Part shown: positions 7,895 through 15,476 of the stretch, in pieces
How the letters are laid out: every line of letters starts with the position of its first letter
Position numbering within the stretch: the first letter of the stretch is position 1
Source: Oscillospiraceae bacterium
Lineage (GTDB): Bacteria; Bacillota; Clostridia; Oscillospirales; Ruminococcaceae
NCBI GenBank assembly: GCA_017472375.1
Contig: JAFUQL010000091.1
Coordinates: forward strand, 1 to 29,535
DNA: 29,535 nucleotides
Direction: 5' to 3'
Translations under genes and position numbers: made by a program
The notes under the pieces: generated by a model
What the model saw: the letters and a program-made list of their open reading frames with translations, nothing else
Told to the model about the DNA's origin: nothing
The model's database searches: none

Positions 7895-9904
7895 TTATTT
7901 GCCGTGCTTGGCACGGATCTGCTCCATCAGGCCGGCCACCTTGCTGCCCTTCTTGTAGAAGACGGGGACAGAACCGATGGGGGCGGGGACGGTGCAGGTG
8001 CCGTGGCCGTACTCAGCGCCGGACCACAGATGGATCCAGCCGTCGCTGGGCAGGTAGACCTCACGGTCGGTCTGGGCTTCCTGCCAGACAGGGGCCACCA
8101 GAACGTCCTCACCCAGCAGGTACTCGAACTGCTCGGTGTAGCTGCGCTCGTCGGCCTCGTTGTGCAGGAACAGGGGACGCTGGACGGGGATGCCGCGGGC
8201 GGCGTTCTCGGCCACCAGCTCCTTCAGGTAGGGCATCAGCATCACATGGATGTCCACCAAGCGGGCGGTCTCTGCCATGCAGTCCGCGTCGTCGTAGTAC
8301 TGGAAGTTGGTGTCAGGGCGGTTGCCCTCGTGAGTGCGCATCACCGGGGTGAAGGCAGCCATCTCGGTCCACCGCAGGAACACTTCCTTGGTGCGCAGGT
8401 TGTCGAACAGCGAGGTGTAGCCGCCGATGTCGCTGTGGTTCAGGCCGCAGCCGATCATGCCGGCGCTCAGGGTGCCGCAGATGGTGGTGCACAGGCCGTC
8501 GTGACGGCTCAGGTCCACAGACTGGTCGCCGTTCCACAGCAGGGTGCAGTACTTCTGGCTGCCGGTGGCGCCGGCGCGCATGAAGTAGACCACATCGCCC
8601 AGCTTGCCGCTCTCGTTCACCGCGTCGTAGTTGCACTTGGCCCACAGGGCAGGCCAGTGGTTGTGCTCGATCATGGCGGAGACGCCGTTGTGCAGCACGA
8701 TGTCATCGGTGGGCAGGTACTCACCGAAGTCGGCCATCCAGCCGTCAATGCCGATGTCGATGCTGTGCTTCTTGATGACCTCGTCCTTGAACCACTCATA
8801 GGCCTCGGGCTTGGTGAAGTCGATGACACCGCAGTAGAACTCGCCGAAGTCCACCAGGTAGATGCTGCCGTCCGCCTTCTTGGCGAAGACGTCCTTCTCA
8901 AGGCCCTCCTGGTAGAGCTTGCCGCCCTGCACCAGGTAGGGATTGATGTAGCCCATGAAGCGGATGCCCCGGTCGTGCAGCTTCTGGATCTCACCGGGCA
9001 GGTCGGGATACATCTCCTCGTGGAAGTGCCAGTCCCACTGCAGGCGCTTGCCGAAGCTGGTCACGCGCTTGCCGCACCAGTCCTGGCACCACACGGCGGC
9101 CACCTTGATGCCGTTCTCGATGGACTTGTCCACCAGGCCGAAGGAGCGCTCGTTGCCGCCCTGCACGCCCACGATCAGACCGTTGTAGATCCAGTCGGGC
9201 AGTTCGGGCTGGCGGCCCAGATGGGCGGTCAGCTTCTCCAGCAGTTCCACGAAGGTGTCCGCGCCTTCGATGCGCACACTGGCGGGCACAGCCCACATCT
9301 GCAGCTCATGGAAGGTCTCGTCGCGGAAATCGAAGTCCGCGTAGGCGGTGCAGTCCACATCCACATAGTAGCGCTTGCTGCTCACGAAGGTGGGCTGGGG
9401 GTAGTTGGTGTTGTAGTAGTCGCCGCCGGCGCCGCCGTTTTCCACGTCGGAACGCCAGGTGACGTAGGTGGTCTTGTCGCGGCCCACGCCGGGCTCGCCG
9501 GTCCACAGGGGGAAGTGCCGGCCGCGCAGATCGAAGTAGGACATCTGCTCGCCGCAGCCGTAGCAGTGCTCGTCCTTGTCGGCGCGCACGCGCAGCCAGA
9601 AGCGGTTGATCTGCTCGTCCTTCTGAACAAAGTTCAGGGTGACGCACTCGCCGTCCTGCTTCACGGCCATGGTCAGGGCATCGCCCATCTCCACGGTCAG
9701 GCCCTCGGCGGTCTCCTCGATGGAGGTGATCTCCACCGGGCGGCGCTCGATGACGTAGTCCTCGATCTTGAAGTTGCCGCGGTACATATCCACGGTCTCT
9801 TTGCCGTAGCCCACATAGATCATGGGGTTGGCTTTGGTATGCTCCAGAATGGTGTGCTCACCCTTTTTCAGGACAAACTCCATCCCGTTGCGGATGATCT
9901 GCAT
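7895..9904 (-). CDS. yihQ: Sulfoquinovosidase, GH31 (YihQ/SftG type), 669 aa, no signal peptide
   Basis: Catalytic WMADFGE and WNGDQ, plus the SQase sulfonate-pocket signature QDWCGKRVTSFGKRLQWDW and HSDIGGY. RBS GAGGAGG precedes ATG 9904. Confidence 0.92.
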   Translation of the reverse strand: MQIIRNGMEFVLKKGEHTILEHTKANPMIYVGYGKETVDMYRGNFKIEDYVIERRPVEITSIEETAEGLTVEMGDALTMAVKQDGECVTLNFVQKDEQINRFWLRVRADKDEHCYGCGEQMSYFDLRGRHFPLWTGEPGVGRDKTTYVTWRSDVENGGAGGDYYNTNYPQPTFVSSKRYYVDVDCTAYADFDFRDETFHELQMWAVPASVRIEGADTFVELLEKLTAHLGRQPELPDWIYNGLIVGVQGGNERSFGLVDKSIENGIKVAAVWCQDWCGKRVTSFGKRLQWDWHFHEEMYPDLPGEIQKLHDRGIRFMGYINPYLVQGGKLYQEGLEKDVFAKKADGSIYLVDFGEFYCGVIDFTKPEAYEWFKDEVIKKHSIDIGIDGWMADFGEYLPTDDIVLHNGVSAMIEHNHWPALWAKCNYDAVNESGKLGDVVYFMRAGATGSQKYCTLLWNGDQSVDLSRHDGLCTTICGTLSAGMIGCGLNHSDIGGYTSLFDNLRTKEVFLRWTEMAAFTPVMRTHEGNRPDTNFQYYDDADCMAETARLVDIHVMLMPYLKELVAENAARGIPVQRPLFLHNEADERSYTEQFEYLLGEDVLVAPVWQEAQTDREVYLPSDGWIHLWSGAEYGHGTCTVPAPIGSVPVFYKKGSKVAGLMEQIRAKHGK

Positions 9905-9939
9905 TGCAGTGCCCTCCTCAGAGTTTGATTTGGGGATGC

Positions 9940-10605
9940 TCAGTACTTCAGCTCCTTGTTCTCGCCCAGCAGGCCGGGGAACGCGCCCTGTTTGATCAGG
10001 GGCTCGCGCTCGGGGTGGGCGATGACCCACTTGTTGCGCTGCAGCAGGAGCTTTGCCTCGCCCTCGGGGATGTCCTCACCGTGGGGCCAGGGGGTGTTGG
10101 TGCCGCGGGGCAGCACCACGATGCCCTTGAAGCCCTCGTCGCACACGCGGCAGGGGGACAGGTGCAGGGTGGTCTGGTACATCTCGATGGCGGTGCCCTT
10201 CTTCACGAAGAAGGGCCGGGCGTCCTCCACCCGGTAGGTGCCGTCCTTGATGAGCCAGCTGTGGCCCAGCACCAGCATGAAGTCGGTGACAGCGATGTTG
10301 ATCTCGCTGCCCTTGTGGTACTCGAAGCCGTTGTAGGTGGTGTTGCGGCCGTTGCAGTAGCCGATCTGGATGGGCATGCCGCCGTACAGAACGTTCTGCA
10401 TCCGCTCGAACACGGGGTCGGCCTCCATCTCGGGGACGGAGGGGACGTAGACGTTGCCGTTCTCGGGGATAGAGGTGTTCTGCTCCATGTGGGCGATCAG
10501 ACCGGAGAAATCGTACCCGGTGACCACCCGGCCGTAGGGAGCGAACGCCTCATCGAACACCGACAGCACCTTCACGTCGTTGACCTGATTCAGACGCTCG
10601 ATCAT
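9940..10605 (-). CDS. sftX: DUF4867 cupin-like protein (SftX type), function unknown
   Basis: Motifs FAPYGRVV, QIGYCNGRN, EYHKGSEIN, LHLSPC and LLQRNKWVIAHPE, in the position expected for sulfo-TAL clusters. Start set at ATG 10605 after GAGGTG. Confidence 0.8.
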   Translation of the reverse strand: MIERLNQVNDVKVLSVFDEAFAPYGRVVTGYDFSGLIAHMEQNTSIPENGNVYVPSVPEMEADPVFERMQNVLYGGMPIQIGYCNGRNTTYNGFEYHKGSEINIAVTDFMLVLGHSWLIKDGTYRVEDARPFFVKKGTAIEMYQTTLHLSPCRVCDEGFKGIVVLPRGTNTPWPHGEDIPEGEAKLLLQRNKWVIAHPEREPLIKQGAFPGLLGENKELKY

Positions 10606-10617
10606 GCCGTTCACCTC

Positions 10618-11478
10618 TTACTTCTGGTCACGGACGACCTTGTAGGTGGCGCAGAAGTCCTCTTTGCCGTAGCCGGCAGCCAGGGCATCCTGGTAGACGC
10701 GCTGCACGTTGGCCTCACCGGGCATGCTCACGCCCATCTCGGCGGCCAGGCTCATGCAGATGTTGATGTCCTTGGCCATGTTCTCGATGGAGAAGGCAGT
10801 GGTCCAGTCCTCGGCGGCGATGGGGGCGTTCTTGGTGTCCAGATAGAAGCACTGGCCGCCGCCGTAGCTGATGGCGGTGGCGAAGGTCTTGGGATCGATG
10901 CCGAACTTGGAGGCCAGCACCAGGTTCTCGTTGACGCCGTTCTGGATCTGGCCGACCATGGCGTTGTGGCAGATCTTCATGACCAGGCCCTTGCCGTTGT
11001 CGCCCATGCGGATGACGTTGTTGCCCATGTACAGCAGGATGGGACGCATGGCCTCGTAAACGGCCTCGTCGCCGCCCACATAGATGCCCAGAACGCCGGC
11101 GATGGCGGCGGGCTTGGACTTCACGACGGGAGCATCGATGAACTGAGCGCCGGTGGCCTTGACCATCTTGCTGATCTCAACGGAAACGCTGGGATCGATG
11201 GTGCTCATGTCGATGCAGGTCTTGCCCTCGCCCAGCACGGGCAGGATCTCCTTGTACACGGACATGGAGTGCTCGCTCTTCGGGACCATGGAGATGATGA
11301 CGTCGGAAGCCTTGGCCAGCTCCACAGAGCTCTCGCAGCCCACGGCGCCCTTGCTCACCAGCAGGTCGATCTTCTCCTTCACGAAGTCAAAGACATAGAC
11401 GGTGTCGTCATGCTTCTTGACGATGTTCTCGCTCATGGACTCGCCCATGATGCCCAGACCGATAAAACCGATTTTCAT
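10618..11478 (-). CDS. sftR: Beta-hydroxyacid dehydrogenase family; probable 3-sulfolactaldehyde reductase (DHPS-forming)
   Basis: IGFIGLGIMG Rossmann motif, catalytic KICHN, substrate loop DAPVVKS instead of the generic DAPVSGG, and cluster context. Confidence 0.8.
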   Translation of the reverse strand: MKIGFIGLGIMGESMSENIVKKHDDTVYVFDFVKEKIDLLVSKGAVGCESSVELAKASDVIISMVPKSEHSMSVYKEILPVLGEGKTCIDMSTIDPSVSVEISKMVKATGAQFIDAPVVKSKPAAIAGVLGIYVGGDEAVYEAMRPILLYMGNNVIRMGDNGKGLVMKICHNAMVGQIQNGVNENLVLASKFGIDPKTFATAISYGGGQCFYLDTKNAPIAAEDWTTAFSIENMAKDINICMSLAAEMGVSMPGEANVQRVYQDALAAGYGKEDFCATYKVVRDQK

Positions 11479-11519
11479 CTTGCGTACTTCCTTTCTGTGC
11501 TGCGGTCAAGCAGGGGTGC

Positions 11520-12206
11520 TTACTCGGTGGCGGTGTTGTCCCAGGCGTTGATGAAGGTCTTCAGACCCTGATCGGTGTAGGCATGCTTGATGCAATCCTG
11601 GTACACAGCCAGACCGGTGGTGACGATGTCGGCGCCGGCAACAGCGCAGTCCACGATCTGCTTGGGAGTACGGACAGCGGCGCAGATGATCTCAGTCTTG
11701 CCGTAGAAGCCGTAGTTCTTGTAGATGTCAACGATGTTCTGGATGTAGGTCTTGCAGTCCTCGCCGTTGGCCTCCTTCCAGCCGATGAAGGGGGACACGA
11801 ACAGGGAGCCGTTCTTGGCGGGCAGGATAGCCTGAGCGGGGCTGAAGATCAGGGTGACGTTGGTGCGGATGCCCATGGCCTCCAGCTTGCGGGCGGCGGT
11901 GACACCGGCCTCGGTGCAGGGGATCTTGATGACGAAGTTGGGGCTGATGGGGGCGATCTCCTGAGCCATGGCGACCATCTCATCGGCGTCGTCCAGATGG
12001 GGGTTCAGCTCGACGGACACGGGGAACTTCTCGTAGCCCTCCAGGCCCTCCTCCTTGATCCAGTTGGCGATGTCGGTGATGGCAGTCTTGAAGGGCTTGC
12101 CGCTCACCATGATGTGGCGGGGGTTGGTGGTGACGCCGTCGATGCCGAAGGTCTCGTAAGCGTACTTGATCTCGTCCAGCTTAGCGCTATCCAGGAAAAA
12201 TTTCAT
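11520..12206 (-). CDS. sftT: 6-deoxy-6-sulfofructose transaldolase (SftT/SqvA type), 228 aa
   Basis: TAL/FSA fold with Schiff-base IKIP. TTNPRH (Arg), SPFIGWKE (Trp) and AAVR match the sulfonate-binding residues I recall for Bacillus sulfofructose transaldolase. RBS GAGGAGG. Confidence 0.9.
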   Translation of the reverse strand: MKFFLDSAKLDEIKYAYETFGIDGVTTNPRHIMVSGKPFKTAITDIANWIKEEGLEGYEKFPVSVELNPHLDDADEMVAMAQEIAPISPNFVIKIPCTEAGVTAARKLEAMGIRTNVTLIFSPAQAILPAKNGSLFVSPFIGWKEANGEDCKTYIQNIVDIYKNYGFYGKTEIICAAVRTPKQIVDCAVAGADIVTTGLAVYQDCIKHAYTDQGLKTFINAWDNTATE

Positions 12207-12318
12207 TGGTGTTTCCTCCTCGATTTCTTCTCTCAACAGGTTTGTAGGCGAACGTTTGCGGATGATCATGGGTGGATGTTCGGACGTGTTCGGGGGAATC
12301 CAGGCCGCGCGGCACTTC

Positions 12319-12344
12319 ATTGTTAATTTTATAAATTAATCAAT
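12319..12344. promoter_or_regulatory. AT-rich palindrome in the operon leader, candidate second operator
   Basis: ATTG-TTAATTT-tat-AAATTAA-t-CAAT shares the TTAATCAA half-site with 12506-12526. Confidence 0.45.
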
Positions 12345-12442
12345 AAGATCCGACGTCTTACCCTTGTGTCTTGCGGTATGATATTTTGTCCCTCACCCAC
12401 AAGTTTCTGGGTTGTTCCTGTATTTCCGCCTCTTGCGTGACA

Positions 12443-12471
12443 ATAATATAGCCAAAATGCACATGTGTCAA
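12443..12471 (-). promoter_or_regulatory. Sigma-A promoter of the sulfo-TAL operon
   Basis: Minus strand TTGACA-17 nt-TATTAT. Confidence 0.75.
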
Positions 12472-12505
12472 CAGTTTTTTGTCGTCCAACGCGCTTTTTG
12501 GTTAT

Positions 12506-12526
12506 TTGCTTAAATATTTTAATCAA
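12506..12526. promoter_or_regulatory. 21-bp palindrome, candidate ROK operator
   Basis: TTG-C-TTAAA-tat-TTTAA-T-CAA. Confidence 0.55.
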
Positions 12527-12683
12527 CTTTTGGCATTCTGCTCACAAGTTTCCATTTGTTTCGTAGTGTCCACCTTGAGGCAGGGCACCACTTTCGCCCA
12601 GCGCGCCCGTTTCCCGATCCGCCCCGCTCCGTCGGATCGGAAAGCCCATTTATGGACTTTGGTCTCACCTCTATGGAGCACCG

Positions 12684-12724
12684 AAAAAAGGACGCCCCGA
12701 CTTTTTCAGTCGGAACGTCCTTTT
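12684..12724 (-). terminator. Intrinsic terminator of the AI-2E gene
   Basis: Minus strand AAAAGGACG-TT-CCGACT-loop-AGTCGG-GG-CGTCCTTTTTT, with G-U pairs on the minus strand. Confidence 0.75.
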
Positions 12725-12749
12725 GTGCAAATGCGTTTGTATGATGGCT

Positions 12750-13919
12750 TCAGCTGTCCGCTGCCGGTGCATCGGTCTCGGCTGCAGCCAGCGCCTGCTC
12801 ATGCTCGTGCAGATCCCGGCGGAGCATCTGGTAGATCGCCGCCGCGATGGGCACACCCAGCAGCATGCCGGCCACGCCCATCAGGCCGCCGCCGATGGTC
12901 ACCGCAGCCAGCACCCACACGCCGGGCAGGCCGATGGAGCTGCCCACCACGCGGGGATAGATCAGGTTGCCCTCCAGCTGCTGCAGCACCAGGATGAACA
13001 CAATGAACCACACCGCCTGAATGGGGGAGACGGTGAGGATCATAAAGGCACCCACCGCCGCGCCGATGTAGGCGCCCGCCACCGGGATGAGGGCGGTGAA
13101 GCCCACCAGCGTGCCCACCATGGCCGCATAGGGGAAGCGCAGCAGGGTCATGCCCGCCATACACAGCAGGCCCAGCACCACCGCTTCCATGCACTGGCCC
13201 ACGATGAACTTGCGGAAGCACTCGTTCAGGGTGCGCAGCACATAGCGCAGCCGCCCCGCCCACAGTTCGGGCAGGAAGCGCCGGGTCAGCCGGTCGAACT
13301 GGTTCAGCAGGGTCTCCTTGCCCACCAGCAGGTACAGCGCAAAGATGAGCCCGATGACCACGGTGGTCACCACCCCCGCTGCGGAGGACACCGCGCTGAC
13401 CGCCACCTGGGCCGCACCGCCCACGCCCTCCAGCAGGGTCTTGGCCAGTTCGGTCAGCCGCTGCTGCCAGTCCACCTTGGCCAGCGAGGTGGCCAGCTCC
13501 TCGGCAGACAGGGCCTCAGCCACGCCGCTCTCCTGCAGCCACAGGCCCAGATCCTTCAGCGCAAGGGGGATCTCGGCCATCAGCAGACGGATGGCCGCCA
13601 TCAGCTCGGGGACCACCAGCAGCACCACCAGCAGGATCACCGCCACAAAACTGAGCAGCGCCGCCACGATGCACACCGCCCGCCGCAGTTTCTGCGCCGT
13701 CCGCCCCTTGAAGGGGTAGTGCCGCTCATAAAAGCTCATCAGGATGTTCAGCAGGTAGGCCATGACCACGCCCACGATCAGCGCCTCGGCCGAAGCCAGC
13801 GCCGCCCCGCCCAGCGTGATCAGCCCATCCCAGTAGTGAATGGCCAGATACAGCAAAAATACGCTCACCCCGACCCGGATGCAGCTCTTCCATTCGATCT
13901 TCATTTGATATGGATCCAT
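12750..13919 (-). CDS. AI-2E family transporter (PerM-like)
   Basis: Polytopic protein with LIPVAGAYIG and QQLEGNLIYPRVVGSSIGLP...GMLLGVP motifs. Start uncertain (13919 or 13904). Confidence 0.9.
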   Translation of the reverse strand: MDPYQMKIEWKSCIRVGVSVFLLYLAIHYWDGLITLGGAALASAEALIVGVVMAYLLNILMSFYERHYPFKGRTAQKLRRAVCIVAALLSFVAVILLVVLLVVPELMAAIRLLMAEIPLALKDLGLWLQESGVAEALSAEELATSLAKVDWQQRLTELAKTLLEGVGGAAQVAVSAVSSAAGVVTTVVIGLIFALYLLVGKETLLNQFDRLTRRFLPELWAGRLRYVLRTLNECFRKFIVGQCMEAVVLGLLCMAGMTLLRFPYAAMVGTLVGFTALIPVAGAYIGAAVGAFMILTVSPIQAVWFIVFILVLQQLEGNLIYPRVVGSSIGLPGVWVLAAVTIGGGLMGVAGMLLGVPIAAAIYQMLRRDLHEHEQALAAAETDAPAADS

Positions 13920-14042
13920 CCTGCCCGCAGCCGCAGGCCTCATAAAATCGCTCTCACAGTGTCATTATACCGCCGCAGCCACCGCGTAAAAACCAACAAA
14001 CCCTGTGCAGTGTGAAACAACGCCGCAGCCGGGGCCGGCCGC

Positions 14043-15326
14043 TCACTTTTTGCGGCCGGTGCGGGGCTTTGCCCGCTGGGGCGGCTGCCCCTGCGCTGCG
14101 TGCCGGCCCGCCAGCAGGCCGGTGCCGAAGGCCCAGTGCAGATTGTACCCGCCGCAGCTTCCTGCGCAGTCCAGCGTTTCGCCCACAAAGTACAGGCCGG
14201 GGCAGCCCCGCAGCCCGAAGCTCTCCGGCTCCACCTCGCTGAGCGCAATGCCGCCGCCGGTGGTCTGCGCCTGGTTCCAGCCCACCGGCTGCAGGCCGGT
14301 GAACCGCCAGTCGGTGAGGCCCCGGGCAAGCCGCAGCCAGTCTTCGCCGCGCAGCTCTGCCGCCGGGCGGGTGTCCGCGCCGAGCCCGCAGGCCTTCCAC
14401 ACCGCCAGACCCACCCGACGGTTCACAAGGCCGGTCGTGTAGCCGGCGGCGGTGACCCCGGGCAGGGCCTTCGCCCGGGCCGCAAGGCGCGCGGCCAGCG
14501 CATCCGTCTCCTCCCCGGGGAACAAGTTCAGCGAGATCTGCCGCTCCACCGGCTTCCCGCCGGGGCGCAGCAGGCCGGACAGCTGCATCACCGCGATGCC
14601 CGACAGCCCGTATTCGGTGAACTGCACCTCACCCCGCTCGGTGCGCAGGGGGCGGCCGTCCGCCAGCAGGGTCGCATCACCCTTGACCCGGATGCCCGCC
14701 AGACCCTGCACCTGCTTTTTCTCGCACTGCAGCGGCACCAGGCAGGGGTATAGGGGCTCGGTGCGCAGGCCGCACTGCCGGGCCAATTCAGGGCCAAACC
14801 CGTCGGTGCCAAACTGGGGCCCGGCGCTGCCGCCCAGGGCACAGATGACCGCATCCGCCCGCAGGCTCTCACCCCCGGCCAGCCGCACTGTGTAGCCCTC
14901 CCGCTGCTGGCGCAGCTCCTGCACGGCACAGTCGGTGCGCACCTCCACGCCGGTGCGCTCCAGCCAGTCCAGCAGCAGATTCAGCACGTCCGCTGCCTGG
15001 TTGGAGTAGGGGTAGATGCGCCCCGCCTCGTCCGGCTCCCGGCACCACAGCCCGTGGGCGGCGAACCAGCCCAACGGGTCGGCCTGTTCCACCGCCGCAA
15101 GGCAGGCGGCCAGCGCCTTCCGGTCGGCGGAGAAATACCAGCCCGCATCCCGGTGGGCGTTGGACAGATTGCACCGCCCGTTGCCGGTGGCAAGCAGCTT
15201 CTTGCCCACCCGGGCGTTGCGCTCCAGCAAGGTCACCCGGGTGCCCGCCGGGGCAGTCTCCGCCGCTGCGACGGCCGCCGCGATGCCCGCTGCGCCGCCG
15301 CCCAGAATGAGGATGTGTCTTGCCAT
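14043..15326 (-). CDS. HI0933/YhiN-family FAD-dependent oxidoreductase
   Basis: ILGGGAAG, GKKLLATGNGRCNLSN, TTGGGI and GETLDCAGSCGGYNLHWAFGTG motifs. Confidence 0.92.
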   Translation of the reverse strand: MARHILILGGGAAGIAAAVAAAETAPAGTRVTLLERNARVGKKLLATGNGRCNLSNAHRDAGWYFSADRKALAACLAAVEQADPLGWFAAHGLWCREPDEAGRIYPYSNQAADVLNLLLDWLERTGVEVRTDCAVQELRQQREGYTVRLAGGESLRADAVICALGGSAGPQFGTDGFGPELARQCGLRTEPLYPCLVPLQCEKKQVQGLAGIRVKGDATLLADGRPLRTERGEVQFTEYGLSGIAVMQLSGLLRPGGKPVERQISLNLFPGEETDALAARLAARAKALPGVTAAGYTTGLVNRRVGLAVWKACGLGADTRPAAELRGEDWLRLARGLTDWRFTGLQPVGWNQAQTTGGGIALSEVEPESFGLRGCPGLYFVGETLDCAGSCGGYNLHWAFGTGLLAGRHAAQGQPPQRAKPRTGRKK

Positions 15327-15365
15327 GATGCGCCCGCCTTCCCTGGTCGTTTCTTTAATATAGGT

Positions 15366-15395
15366 AGTATAGCACAGGAACGCCGGACGGCTCAA
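15366..15395 (-). promoter_or_regulatory. Putative sigma-A promoter of the HI0933 gene
   Basis: Minus strand TTGAGC-18 nt-TATACT with an extended -10 TG. Confidence 0.45.
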
Positions 15396-15438
15396 TGGTG
15401 GACTCTGCCGCCTTTTTCGCCCGCCGCCCCAGACATAC

Positions 15439-15469
15439 AAAAGCCCCGGCTCCATCGCGAAGCCGGGGC
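15439..15469 (-). terminator. Intrinsic terminator after pepD
   Basis: GCCCCGGCT/AGCCGGGGC stem followed by TTTT on the minus strand. Confidence 0.7.
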
Positions 15470-15476
15470 AGGGAAG

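Noticed and set aside
7895-9904. Generic GH31 alpha-glucosidase/xylosidase call
   Set aside because: The SQase-specific sulfonate-pocket residues are present.
12750-13919. AI-2E permease as the DHPS exporter
   Set aside because: It is separated from the SQ operon by a terminator and about 540 nt of intergenic DNA that includes the operon's own promoter. AI-2E genes are common next to HI0933 genes. Proximity is the only support.
14043-15326. BaiN-like bile-acid reductase role
   Set aside because: The HI0933 family is ubiquitous and no bai genes are present.
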